The notes below the pieces were generated by a model, which did not search any database, was not told the DNA's origin, and saw nothing but the letters and a program-made list of their open reading frames with translations. Shown here one piece after another: positions 46,767 to 56,536 of a DNA stretch of 64,000 nucleotides (position 1 is the first letter of the stretch; each line of letters begins with the position of its first letter). The position numbers and the translations under genes were made by a program. Location of the stretch: contig CAIMDG010000001.1 of NCBI GenBank assembly GCA_903839725.1, forward strand, positions 3,558-67,557, written 5' to 3'. This stretch comes from an uncultured bacterium. GTDB lineage: Bacteria; Patescibacteriota; Minisyncoccia; Phycocordibacterales; PALSA-1337.

Positions 46767-47984
46767 TCAGAATCTGATCCGGCGATAGCCAGACTGACTG
46801 CTGGCTCGCATGGCCCAACGGTTATCGTGCGGGGCGACGATCAGGGTTGAGCGGAGTTGACTCGGGTTTGGCATCCGAAGCAACCAACTCGTGTCCACAT
46901 ACATGCGCCCATCGTATTCACGAAAGACACTGTAATTCGGATGAGTGGACATGAGGACACCTTCCTTGGTCCACGGCCGATCCTGGAACACCTCATAGAG
47001 ATGCAGTGCCGGTTGGCTGTCATCAGTTTGACTCTTGGCGAACTGAACGAATGAGAGCCAATGAATCCACTCGCCGATTTTTTCCCCATTTGCCAAGACG
47101 AAACCGATTGGTTTTTCCTTGGGCTGCAATGAAGAAAGATAGAGGACACGTGACGGTCCCCCAGGAATGCCATAGTGGAGGAATTTTTTGGCATCCTTGG
47201 CGGACATAAGTCCGCTATCATTGAAATTTTCTTGGTAGCCAACTTTGCCGACATCTCCAAGAAACGTGACAAATCTCCGCATACCACCAACTTCGCCGAC
47301 CATGCTGGGGAAGGTGATTGTAGTGCCGTGCGTGAGCACATGTCCCAGATTGATGTTGTCTGGACGTTCATCCGGCAGTTTGATTTTTCTGTTGCCGGCA
47401 GCACAGGAAATCGAGAATTCCTGCGTGGTGTAGTTCACGATGATTGAGAAGATGGGAACACCTCGTCGGATGCAACTGATTGCAGACGTTGCTCCGCTGA
47501 TAGTTGCCGGGTTTCCATACTTTTTCTCCCACAAAGCCAATGTTTTTGGATTGCCGAGAATTTCCCCAATTTTTTTCTTAGGAGGGAATCCGGCAAGGAA
47601 AGCTTTGAGTTGGTTTGAGCGGTCCGTCGGATCGCTGATGAAGACAGTCCGGAACGATTGTGGGTCGTTCGGACGAAACGAATCATTGAAGCGGATGCTT
47701 TTCGAGCCTGCTTCTTCGGTCACCACGACGGCCCCGGCATCATATCGGCCGAGCGCTTCGCAGATGGTGATTTCCGGCGCTGCATCCATGCCGAGCGTGT
47801 CTTTCTTGCCATATTTACTGATCGGACGTAGTGCGTCTTCGACCGTTGAGTGCCGAAAGTCATAATAGGCCTTCAGCGCAGCTTCAATTGCTGCGTTTAA
47901 GTGGGCGATTTCTACACCTTGCATATTGGGGGTCTTTCTGGGTTTAGTGTGATGATATACCACACCAGATTCTTGTTTTGTCAA
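46767..47984 (-). CDS. Divergent inositol-monophosphatase/FBPase (FIG) superfamily phosphatase-like protein
   Basis: VVVTEEAG (cf. IITEESG) and FISDPTDRS (cf. DPLDGT) motifs. No clear WD..GG motif. Extra C-terminal domain. Confidence 0.35.
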   Translation of the reverse strand: MTKQESGVVYHHTKPRKTPNMQGVEIAHLNAAIEAALKAYYDFRHSTVEDALRPISKYGKKDTLGMDAAPEITICEALGRYDAGAVVVTEEAGSKSIRFNDSFRPNDPQSFRTVFISDPTDRSNQLKAFLAGFPPKKKIGEILGNPKTLALWEKKYGNPATISGATSAISCIRRGVPIFSIIVNYTTQEFSISCAAGNRKIKLPDERPDNINLGHVLTHGTTITFPSMVGEVGGMRRFVTFLGDVGKVGYQENFNDSGLMSAKDAKKFLHYGIPGGPSRVLYLSSLQPKEKPIGFVLANGEKIGEWIHWLSFVQFAKSQTDDSQPALHLYEVFQDRPWTKEGVLMSTHPNYSVFREYDGRMYVDTSWLLRMPNPSQLRSTLIVAPHDNRWAMRASSQSGYRRIRF

Positions 47985-48049
47985 GATTCTGATTCAATAC
48001 TAATACTTTGCACGTAAAATGCAAGTAAGAAAAATATGACATGCGCAGG

Positions 48050-48934
48050 CTACTTTTTCTGATCAAAATAGTCGAAAAGTGCCTTGATGCCCGAAAGGTT
48101 ACGCTCCCATTCGATAGAATTGTGAGTTTGGAGTTCTACGGTAATTGCAGGAATATTGATAGAAGCCAACCAGTCATCAGCGGCTCCTGTTGTTGAGTAT
48201 GCATCGAAAGATGTGTTGGAAGAATATTTTGAAGCCTTTGAATATGCATTCATAATATCGAGAGTAGTTGGAAGAATGCCGTGTAGACATTGAGAAGCAT
48301 AAATTGCATTTGACTGACTATGCCAGAAGATAACTGCATCTTGATGGACACGAGTCGTGAATGATTTGAGAGCTATGGATTCAGGTTCTGAAAAGGCAGT
48401 AGCTCCAGCACTGACTATTTTTGTTTGCCACGTGCTTTGTGGTTGCCATTTACAATCAAAGTTGCGATTGAGATCAACTGTATGTGCATTGAAACGACCT
48501 GATGCAAGGATTGTACTACTTGTTGATACGTCTGAGACTACAAAACGACCTTCTTTATTTGTTACTGCATACACTCCGTCCGGATTTGCTGCGGGAATGA
48601 TGGTAACAGTTATATTCTTTGGAATAGTATCTGGGTTTGCTTCGAGATAGTCCATGAATGTATATGCAAGAAGCACGCTATTCCATTCATAGCCACCATG
48701 AATACCACCAACAAAGAGGAGATGGGTTGCACCAGTGCCATACGAATATGCATCAATAGTGCGTCCTTGAAGAGATTTCCCAATGACCACATGTTGTGGT
48801 TCGAGTTGTGCAGGTTCAGTTTGTGTGACAGGTGGAGTCGAACTATGTAAACGTGTAAATACAATTACACTAATACAAAGTATAACGAGGATGATACCGA
48901 TAATAAAATATCGATTCGAGAGGGTAGATCGCAT
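48050..48934 (-). CDS. Secreted M14-family zinc carboxypeptidase-like protein (paralog 1)
   Basis: Signal/TM. GGIHGGYEWNS (HxxE-like zinc site), PAANPDG, DLNRNFDCKW. Confidence 0.65.
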   Translation of the reverse strand: MRSTLSNRYFIIGIILVILCISVIVFTRLHSSTPPVTQTEPAQLEPQHVVIGKSLQGRTIDAYSYGTGATHLLFVGGIHGGYEWNSVLLAYTFMDYLEANPDTIPKNITVTIIPAANPDGVYAVTNKEGRFVVSDVSTSSTILASGRFNAHTVDLNRNFDCKWQPQSTWQTKIVSAGATAFSEPESIALKSFTTRVHQDAVIFWHSQSNAIYASQCLHGILPTTLDIMNAYSKASKYSSNTSFDAYSTTGAADDWLASINIPAITVELQTHNSIEWERNLSGIKALFDYFDQKK

Positions 48935-48939
48935 ATGTA

Positions 48940-49857
48940 TTATTTACCGTAATAGGTAAGTAGTGCCTGGATACCTGCGAGATTTTTTGACCATTCTGTA
49001 TCTGTGTGATTGGTGAGGAGAACACTAATTGCAGGAATGCTATTCTTGGCAAGCCAATTTGTCATATCTCCGGTTGTTGCATAGAAATCAAAACTTTCAT
49101 TGGCAGAATATCCTGAAGCAGATGCATATTTCTTGGTGAGCGTATCTGTTTCTGTAGAAACACCAGTGTGACAATTTGAAGCATATACACCACCAGCCGC
49201 GCTATACCATACTACAACTGCAGCAGGTGAATGCATTTTGATATATGCTTGGATAGCCTGACTTTCTGGTTCAGAAAATGCTTTTGTACCACCACTTACT
49301 GTCTTGTTTTGCCATGTTCCTGATGATTTCCAGTCACAATCAAAGTTTCTGTTGAGATCAACGGTATTGGCATTGAAACGACCTGATACGACAGTGGCAT
49401 CATCTGTTGATACATCTGTTTGTGTGAAATTACCTGTTGTTGTGCCTACAACAGTATTGAGTCCGTCTGGGTTCAATACGGGAATAACAGTAACACTCAC
49501 ATTTGCAGGAATAATTTTGGAATTATTTTTCAAATAACTTATCAGTTGGTATGCAAGAAGAGACGTATTCCATTCATAGCCACCATGAACACCGGCAATA
49601 AAGAGAAGTTCTGTTGTACCAGTACCATAATGATATGCATTGATATCGCGATGTTCTACTGATGTTCCTATCTTCGTGATGGCACTATTTTTTTGTGCAA
49701 CTTGTTGTGTCGAAGTAGCTTTTGATACTGACGTAGTTACTGTAGTAGAAGTCGTATCTGATGTATCTACGGGTATTTGTGCGGGACTTTTAAAGATGAA
49801 ATAGAGGGCGATGATGACGATAACAATAATGCCTGATGTGATAATGGTTTTTTTCAT
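48940..49857 (-). CDS. Secreted M14-family zinc carboxypeptidase-like protein (paralog 2)
   Basis: AGVHGGYEWNT, PVLNPDG, DLNRNFDCDW. Tandem duplicate of 48050-48934. Confidence 0.65.
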   Translation of the reverse strand: MKKTIITSGIIVIVIIALYFIFKSPAQIPVDTSDTTSTTVTTSVSKATSTQQVAQKNSAITKIGTSVEHRDINAYHYGTGTTELLFIAGVHGGYEWNTSLLAYQLISYLKNNSKIIPANVSVTVIPVLNPDGLNTVVGTTTGNFTQTDVSTDDATVVSGRFNANTVDLNRNFDCDWKSSGTWQNKTVSGGTKAFSEPESQAIQAYIKMHSPAAVVVWYSAAGGVYASNCHTGVSTETDTLTKKYASASGYSANESFDFYATTGDMTNWLAKNSIPAISVLLTNHTDTEWSKNLAGIQALLTYYGK

Positions 49858-49999
49858 ACGTTTATATAATTATTTGAGTCTAATAATGTGAGTAATAAGA
49901 TTGATATACCGTATAGGCCGAAGCGTACGAGAACATATTACATAGCTACTTCATATACAAGTATACCACCTCATAATCTACACAAAAAGATGATTCATT

Positions 50000-50314
50000 A
50001 TGTTGAATATGATATATTTTAACCATATGAAATCAGCTGAAGTATTGAGCGCAGATACTGGAACAGAACGTTTATTATTTCAGGATAAAACTGTAGCCCA
50101 GATTAACGAGTGGGTTGAAAATGTAAAAATAGTCATGGCCTCTGAATCTGAAGAAGATCGTTCTAATCCTGATTATGAAATTCGTATGGATGCACTCGAA
50201 AGAGCTATCCAAGAATACACTTCGGCTCCTGTAGACCAAAAAGAAGAAACTGAAAAGATTGTTCAGGAACGTGCACAAGCACTTCTTGATACTTTGAAGC
50301 AAGGTTCTCGATAA
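50000..50314 (+). CDS. Hypothetical protein (104 aa)
   Basis: Intact ORF. Acidic. Confidence 0.3.
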   Translation: MLNMIYFNHMKSAEVLSADTGTERLLFQDKTVAQINEWVENVKIVMASESEEDRSNPDYEIRMDALERAIQEYTSAPVDQKEETEKIVQERAQALLDTLKQGSR

Positions 50315-50346
50315 TACTCTCGTAAGTGAATATATGTAAAAAACCC

Positions 50347-50372
50347 CGTCACGTGAATGACGGGGCTGTAAT
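50347..50372. terminator. Bidirectional terminator between 50000-50314 and purL
   Basis: ccccgtca cgtgaa tgacgggg flanked by A/T runs. Confidence 0.6.
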
Positions 50373-50386
50373 CGTTGATGATGCGC

Positions 50387-53300
50387 TTACTTTCGATGTT
50401 CCATGCACCAGGTTCTGGCGTTTTGGAACATACGGAGCCAAGGTGAAGCATCAAGACTGTGCCAGGATGATGGCATCCATGGCCATTGCCACAAACGGAA
50501 ACAACGTTCAGGGTGTGGCATCATCGCGAGATGACGACCATCTGGAGAGCAGAGCGCCGTGACACCGTCTGGCGAACCATTCGGGTTGTGCGGATACTCT
50601 TCAGTTATTGCACCGTGCGGGTCGATATACCGGAGAGGTGCAAGTCCCTTTCTGCTGACTTCCCGTTGCACTGATGCGTCGGGGTAGATGAGGCGACCTT
50701 CGCCGTGAGCGACCCAGACACCGAGTTTCGAACCTTCCATACCAGTGAGAAGTATTGATGGACTTGGCAGGATTTCTACCTGAGACCATCGGGATTCGAA
50801 CCGGCCGGAAGTGTTGTGAATGAAACGAGGTTGTTTGTCACCCTCGATACCTTTCCACGGAATCCATCCGAGCAGAGCCATAAGTTGGCAACCATTGCAG
50901 ACGCCGAGCGAGAATGTATCCTCGCGAGCGTAGAAACGGTCGAACATATCTTTCAGTTTTGAATTGAAGAGAATAGTTCCTGCCCAGCCTTTGGCGCTAT
51001 CGAATACGTCCATGTAGGAGAAGCCTCCTGCAAAGACGATGCCCTGGAATTGGTCCAGGCTGATCCTGCCTTCAATGAGGTCACTCATTGTGACGTCCCA
51101 TGAAGCAAAACCAGCAGCCGTGAATGCGGCCTGCATTTCCCGATCGCCGTTCGTGCCTTCTTCTCGAAGAACTGCGACCCGCGGTTTGTCTTGTGCGGAC
51201 ATGTGATCGGGAGAAGTGAATGTTGGGCTGAAGGTGATTGCGTATGACCCTGGAGAAGTGAGTCCAGGATAGCTCATCCGAACGAGCATACGCTCCTCGA
51301 TTGCCGATGAACGATTCATCTGCAATTTCTCGATCTCAAAACTGGTAGATTCCCACCAGGTTCTCAAATCGAGAATATCAGTGAATAATACACAGTCAGT
51401 TTTCGTCGAGACGGTGCACGTTTCCTGATTGAGAGTTTTCCCTATTACGAAGAAGGGAATCTTGTGTGATGTGCATATACCGAGAACACGCGTGACTGCA
51501 CTCGTTTTGAGTTCGATGACGAACCCAGCTTCTTCCGAAAATAATTCGGCGAGAGCTGAACGAGCATCGTTGACGTTGATGTCAAACCCGCATCGGCTGG
51601 CCATGCACATTTCGGCGACTGCGGTTATAAGACCGCCGTCACTGCGATCGTGCATTGCAAGGATGAGATCATTGTCGATCATTTCCTGCACCGCAAGGAA
51701 TGCGTTCAGGAGGAGGTTTGGATTATCAATGTCAGGCGATTCATTGCCTAGCTGATTGTATGCTTGGGCCAAAGCTGAACCGCCGAGGCGATTCTTGCCA
51801 AGACCAAGATCAATCAGACAGAGCAAGCTCTTGCCAGGCATTTTGATATCAGGCGTGACCTTCTTGGTAATTTTGGGCACTGGTGCGTAACCTAGCACGA
51901 CCAGTGATCCGGGAGTCTTTACGACTTCACCCTCAATATTCGCTGCCATCGAAAGGCTGTCTTTGCCTCCATCAACCGCTATGTCAAGTTCGATCATGAA
52001 ATCAGACATGGCTTGTGCGGCGTCATAGAGGAGAGCTCCTTCGTGGGGAAGTTTTGCGGGCCACATCCAGTTGGCGCGGCATCGGATGTCTCCGATATGA
52101 CTGATCTTGACTGAGGCCATATTGGTGAGCATTTCTGCCACCGCCATGCGAGCCCCTGCTTTGGGATCAATGAGCATCTTGATCGGCTGTTCGCCGATCG
52201 CTGAAGCAGTTCCGGTCAGACCGAAGTGACTTTGAGCATTGATGCTCACGTTACCAATCGGTATTTGGGCAATGCCACAACATTGTTGTTGCGCAACGAG
52301 CCCAGTAACACTCCGGTCAACTTTGTGCACGAGGAATCCTTTCGAACCGACGTGCGGAAGTTTGAAGACTGCTTCGATCGCTTCGGCTATTGTGATAGCC
52401 GGTAAATCCAAAGGCTTCAGAACCTCAGTCCGCCGTTGTGACGTGAATGTTTTCTGGGGCATATTTGTGAGAATTTGCTCCAGATTCAAGTCCACAGGCG
52501 TCTGCTGATTCGCGGGATCTTCGACGACAACTTTACCGCTGCCGGAAATACTCCCGAGAACTTCACAGTTCACTCGTTCCCGTGCACACATCGACTGAAA
52601 AACTTCGATATGTTCGGGCTTGATGAGAAGACCGTAGCCTTCTTGGAATTCAGCACTCCAGATCTTGAGGACTGACATTGTTTTGTCGCCGAGGACAATC
52701 TTGCGGATATTGATAGTTCCGCCTGATGGTTCGAGCAGTTCAGTGAGAACATTGCTCGGTCCACCGGCACCTTGATCATGGATGCTAGAAATAGGATTGT
52801 TGTCTCCCATTTCGACACAGGCCCGAATGACGCGATTGGCTTTGTTCTCCATCTCGGCGTTGCCGCGTTGAACGGAGTTGAAGTCGAGCGCTTCGGTGTT
52901 TTGACCTTGCATCATGCTTGAAGCACTACCGCCGCCGACCCCGATGGGGTATGCGGGACCTCCGATACGCACGATGAGCATTCCTACTGCAGGTGCGAGT
53001 TTGTCGAGGTGTTCGGAAAACAAATGTCCGACGCCACCACTGTAGAGGATAGGTTTTCGTGCTTCACGCCATTCTTTGCCGATAATTTGGCCAAATGTCC
53101 GAGTGAAGCCCAGTGTGAGCGGTTCACCGAATTGATTGCCATAGCTCGAAACGCCGTTGCTGCCTTCGATAAGAATCTTGAGCGGCGAAGCGTATGCCGA
53201 CGGTTTATTCTGGCCAGCAACTTCACCGGGTATTGTATGTCCCGGAATGAATAGGTTGCCGACAAAATATCCAGCGACGCCGATACCAGTGATGCCACCA

Positions 53301-54253
53301 CGACCGACTGCGGTATTGTCACGAATCCGTCCACCGGCGCCGGTTTGGGCACCAGGGAAAGGAGCGACGAATGTCGGGTGATTGTGGGTTTCTGCAGTGC
53401 AGGTGATATGAACCACCCTTGCTCGCACGCTCAACTCGGAAGGTTTTCCGGGTGTAAGTGGTTGCAATAGAAACGTGTGGAAACCAATGATGGCGCCGGC
53501 ATTGTCCCTGAAGGCAATGAGGCTGGCATTTGGTCCCGCACCAAGATTGGGGTGCAAGCGAACAAGTGATGCATTTCTCGAATATTCCAATGGTGCCTGA
53601 ACAATTTTGAACAAGGTCTTGTCCATCGGAGTTCCATCAATGACAATCCGGCCTTTGAAATACCAGTGCCGGCTATGTTCACTGTTCGCATTGCCGAGTT
53701 GAAAAAGTTCAACGTCGGTCGGATTGCGTTTGAGCAGATCCACGAAGAGTTGATGATAGTAGTCGATGTCTTTGACGTCCATGCCGAGGCCGAGTGTCTC
53801 GTTCACTTCTTGAAGGGCAGTTTTGCCGCGGCCGATGAGGTCGATAACCTTGGTCGGTTCGGGCAAGATGCCTGTGTCGAAGCTCGTGACGCCTTGTTGG
53901 TAGAATTGCTCCGTCATCTTGTCGAATGCGATTTTTGAAATCGCATCAGCGGACGTGCCGTTCATATCGATTCGACGACTACATTCAATGCGCACCACTT
54001 GCGTCAGTCCCATTGACCGACACATGGATACAGCATTCGAAGAAGAGGGAGTTTCGATCGAAAGGCGCGGGCCGATTTCGATGATATTCGAACCTGACAA
54101 AAATGGGGTATAGCGAACCATGTTTGGCTCAAATGTCTCTGCAATGAGCCAGTTGAGCTGAACCAATTGGTTGTCTGAAAGTGGACCTGTGGTTTCGATA
54201 TGGAAACCAGATTCAAGTCCTTCTGCATGTCGACGATATATGTTGTATATCAT
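50387..54253 (-). CDS. purL: Phosphoribosylformylglycinamidine synthase, large single-chain form (with C-terminal glutaminase domain)
   Basis: ~1290-aa protein. FGAM synthetase core. C-terminal GVCNGCQLMALLGWIP (type-1 GATase catalytic Cys). The ORF-track start 54379 is probably too long; MIYNIYRRHAEG at ~54253 fits the family N-terminus. Confidence 0.9.
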   Translation of the reverse strand: MIYNIYRRHAEGLESGFHIETTGPLSDNQLVQLNWLIAETFEPNMVRYTPFLSGSNIIEIGPRLSIETPSSSNAVSMCRSMGLTQVVRIECSRRIDMNGTSADAISKIAFDKMTEQFYQQGVTSFDTGILPEPTKVIDLIGRGKTALQEVNETLGLGMDVKDIDYYHQLFVDLLKRNPTDVELFQLGNANSEHSRHWYFKGRIVIDGTPMDKTLFKIVQAPLEYSRNASLVRLHPNLGAGPNASLIAFRDNAGAIIGFHTFLLQPLTPGKPSELSVRARVVHITCTAETHNHPTFVAPFPGAQTGAGGRIRDNTAVGRGGITGIGVAGYFVGNLFIPGHTIPGEVAGQNKPSAYASPLKILIEGSNGVSSYGNQFGEPLTLGFTRTFGQIIGKEWREARKPILYSGGVGHLFSEHLDKLAPAVGMLIVRIGGPAYPIGVGGGSASSMMQGQNTEALDFNSVQRGNAEMENKANRVIRACVEMGDNNPISSIHDQGAGGPSNVLTELLEPSGGTINIRKIVLGDKTMSVLKIWSAEFQEGYGLLIKPEHIEVFQSMCARERVNCEVLGSISGSGKVVVEDPANQQTPVDLNLEQILTNMPQKTFTSQRRTEVLKPLDLPAITIAEAIEAVFKLPHVGSKGFLVHKVDRSVTGLVAQQQCCGIAQIPIGNVSINAQSHFGLTGTASAIGEQPIKMLIDPKAGARMAVAEMLTNMASVKISHIGDIRCRANWMWPAKLPHEGALLYDAAQAMSDFMIELDIAVDGGKDSLSMAANIEGEVVKTPGSLVVLGYAPVPKITKKVTPDIKMPGKSLLCLIDLGLGKNRLGGSALAQAYNQLGNESPDIDNPNLLLNAFLAVQEMIDNDLILAMHDRSDGGLITAVAEMCMASRCGFDINVNDARSALAELFSEEAGFVIELKTSAVTRVLGICTSHKIPFFVIGKTLNQETCTVSTKTDCVLFTDILDLRTWWESTSFEIEKLQMNRSSAIEERMLVRMSYPGLTSPGSYAITFSPTFTSPDHMSAQDKPRVAVLREEGTNGDREMQAAFTAAGFASWDVTMSDLIEGRISLDQFQGIVFAGGFSYMDVFDSAKGWAGTILFNSKLKDMFDRFYAREDTFSLGVCNGCQLMALLGWIPWKGIEGDKQPRFIHNTSGRFESRWSQVEILPSPSILLTGMEGSKLGVWVAHGEGRLIYPDASVQREVSRKGLAPLRYIDPHGAITEEYPHNPNGSPDGVTALCSPDGRHLAMMPHPERCFRLWQWPWMPSSWHSLDASPWLRMFQNARTWCMEHRK

Positions 54254-54415
54254 AACAATTCTCTTTTGTTTCGGTTTGTGGCTTACAAAAAGCCATACAC
54301 CCAACGTGGGTGGTTTTCTAATGACAATACTACGCAGAAATCGTCTAATTGCAAGAATATGTTGTATAAAAAATCCCATCGTTCGTGAACGATGGGATGG
54401 TCTGCAAAAGCTGAA

Positions 54416-55093
54416 TTATTCGATGTCGCTCGAGTTGATCGCGTATCCGTGTGGACAGATGAGGGAATCAGGGTTTATTCCGTCCCAACTGATACGACCG
54501 TTGACCACCAGATTGGTGATACGTGGCTGATAATAGTGTTCAGCATCATTCACCCGATGCGCAAGCGATTCGGCGGTTTCGTCTTCGTTGATCTTGACCC
54601 GGTAATTCAGAAAGACCGGACCTTGATCGTATTCGGCGGTAACAAAGTGCATCGAAACAGCAGAGTGTGTGATTTCATGACGCTTGAAAGCGGCGATGAC
54701 TGCTTCGTGGACATGGTGTCCATACAATCCTGGCCCGCCAAATTGTGGCAACGGTCCCGGATGAATGTTGAAAACTGTTTTCGAATTGAAGTTGGTGGCC
54801 GGATCAAGTCCAGACACTTTCTTCAGCCAGCCAGAGAGGGCGCAGAAATCTGCTTCCCATATCTGTGCCCAGTGTTGGTATTCTTCACCGGTAAATGGTT
54901 GGTGAAAATACACGAAGGGAATATTGAGTTTGTCGGCCCGCTGCCGCACTCCTCCATGCTCATGGTTGGAAACGACAGCAACGATATTGGCATCGAGTGG
55001 TCCTCCACGTGATGCTGTGACCAATTGTTCAAAACCAGATCCACCACCAGTGGCGGAGCCAGATGCAAATACAAGGATTCGTGGCTTATTCAT
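54416..55093 (-). CDS. purN: Phosphoribosylglycinamide formyltransferase
   Basis: ILVFASGSATGGGSGFEQL, NIHPGPLPQFGG, and Asn/His/Asp catalytic pattern. Confidence 0.85.
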   Translation of the reverse strand: MNKPRILVFASGSATGGGSGFEQLVTASRGGPLDANIVAVVSNHEHGGVRQRADKLNIPFVYFHQPFTGEEYQHWAQIWEADFCALSGWLKKVSGLDPATNFNSKTVFNIHPGPLPQFGGPGLYGHHVHEAVIAAFKRHEITHSAVSMHFVTAEYDQGPVFLNYRVKINEDETAESLAHRVNDAEHYYQPRITNLVVNGRISWDGINPDSLICPHGYAINSSDIE

Positions 55094-55147
55094 AGATTTC
55101 AGTTTTTGAGTTTTTGTCTGTTGGGTAGTATCGGATAAAAGGTTGTT

Positions 55148-55165
55148 TTTTGCAACATGTTTTGC
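55148..55165. promoter_or_regulatory. Imperfect palindrome resembling a gammaproteobacterial PurR box in the purN-purM divergent region
   Basis: ttTTGCAACATGTTTTGCtg (cf. E. coli pur box GCAAACGTTTGC). Weak inference. Confidence 0.2.
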
Positions 55166-55213
55166 TGCTTGCCATTTAGCTATTAAATAGGTAGTTTAAA
55201 TTATGAAAGGTAG

Positions 55214-56383
55214 ATGGGAATTATCCCAAAATTGAAAATTATGAAAAAAAATGAAAAACCGATGACATATGCTGGTTCCGGCGTTGACTATGAAGCTATG
55301 GACCCGTTCAAACGAGCAGCTCAACTGGCAGGCTTAAGCACTGACAAATATGTGGAACGTTTCGGTTTCAAGGTCGTGCCGTGGACTCGGGGTGAGAGCG
55401 TCTTTTTGCTCGAAACCCCTTTGGGTTATTTGGGCCTTGTTATCGAGGGTCTCGGCACCAAAAGTTTAGTTGCTGATTCTCTTGCCGAGCTGGATGAATT
55501 GGCAGCTAAAATGGAGAGTCTTCTGGGCAAATCATTTTACGACAAGGTTGCGCAATGCAATGCAGCTATGGCCTTCAATGATCTCATTACGTTGGGCGCA
55601 TTGCCTTTGATTTATGGACAGTATATTGCTGTTCAAAATTCAGATTGGTTCAGCAATAAAAATCGTTCCATTGATTTAATTGAAGGAACAAGGAGAGCGT
55701 GTATGCTCGCACGTTGCACATGGGGCTGTGGTGAGACGCCGACACTTCGTGGCATCATCGTTCCTGGCACAGTTGATCTGGCAGGTGCAACTATCGGCAT
55801 CGTTCCTTCCAAGGATCGTTTGATTGATCCGGCCAATATCCGTCATGGTGATGCGATTGTCCTTATCGAAAGTTCCGGCATCCACGCCAACGGTTTGAGC
55901 ATGGCACGAGGACTTGCTGACCAATTGCCTGAAGGGTATCTTACATTGCTCAGCAACGGTAAGACGTATGGTGAGACACTGTTGGAGCCAACTCACATTT
56001 ATGTCAGTTTGGTGGAAGATTGTCTCAATCAAGGTGTAAAAATTCATTACACGGTCAATATTACCGGTCATGGTTGGCGCAAACTTATGCGTGCAAACCA
56101 GCCATTCACTTACGTCGTCGAACATCTGCCAACTCAACTTCCTATCTTCGATTTTGTTCAGCAACGTGGTCCGGTCGAGGATGAAGAAGCGTATGGGAAT
56201 CTTAATATGGGTGCCGGCTTTGCACTCTATGTTTCCCCTGATGATGTCGCGAACGTTATCAGGATCGCTGCGGAGCTTGGTTTCAAAGCCTTCCATGCCG
56301 GATACATTGAAGATGGCGATAAGAAAGTCATCATCGAACCCAAAGGTCTGGAATATGCAGGGAAAACCCTTGGGGTTCGTTGA
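55214..56383 (+). CDS. purM: Phosphoribosylformylglycinamidine cyclo-ligase (AIR synthetase); likely start ~55262 (MTYAGSGVDY)
   Basis: AGSGVDYEAM, GLGTKS and PurM-like AIRS N/C domains. Confidence 0.85.
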   Translation: MGIIPKLKIMKKNEKPMTYAGSGVDYEAMDPFKRAAQLAGLSTDKYVERFGFKVVPWTRGESVFLLETPLGYLGLVIEGLGTKSLVADSLAELDELAAKMESLLGKSFYDKVAQCNAAMAFNDLITLGALPLIYGQYIAVQNSDWFSNKNRSIDLIEGTRRACMLARCTWGCGETPTLRGIIVPGTVDLAGATIGIVPSKDRLIDPANIRHGDAIVLIESSGIHANGLSMARGLADQLPEGYLTLLSNGKTYGETLLEPTHIYVSLVEDCLNQGVKIHYTVNITGHGWRKLMRANQPFTYVVEHLPTQLPIFDFVQQRGPVEDEEAYGNLNMGAGFALYVSPDDVANVIRIAAELGFKAFHAGYIEDGDKKVIIEPKGLEYAGKTLGVR

Positions 56384-56536
56384 TTCCATGAAGTTGCGTT
56401 GATTCGCATCACAATTCAGTAACTCTCTGCCAGTGGCGGAGAGTTTTTTAATATGAAAAATCTATTGCTTACGAATATTGAAAATAAAAAATCCGCCCAG
56501 AGGTTCCGGGCGGATGCGTTCTGAAACAGTTCAGAT

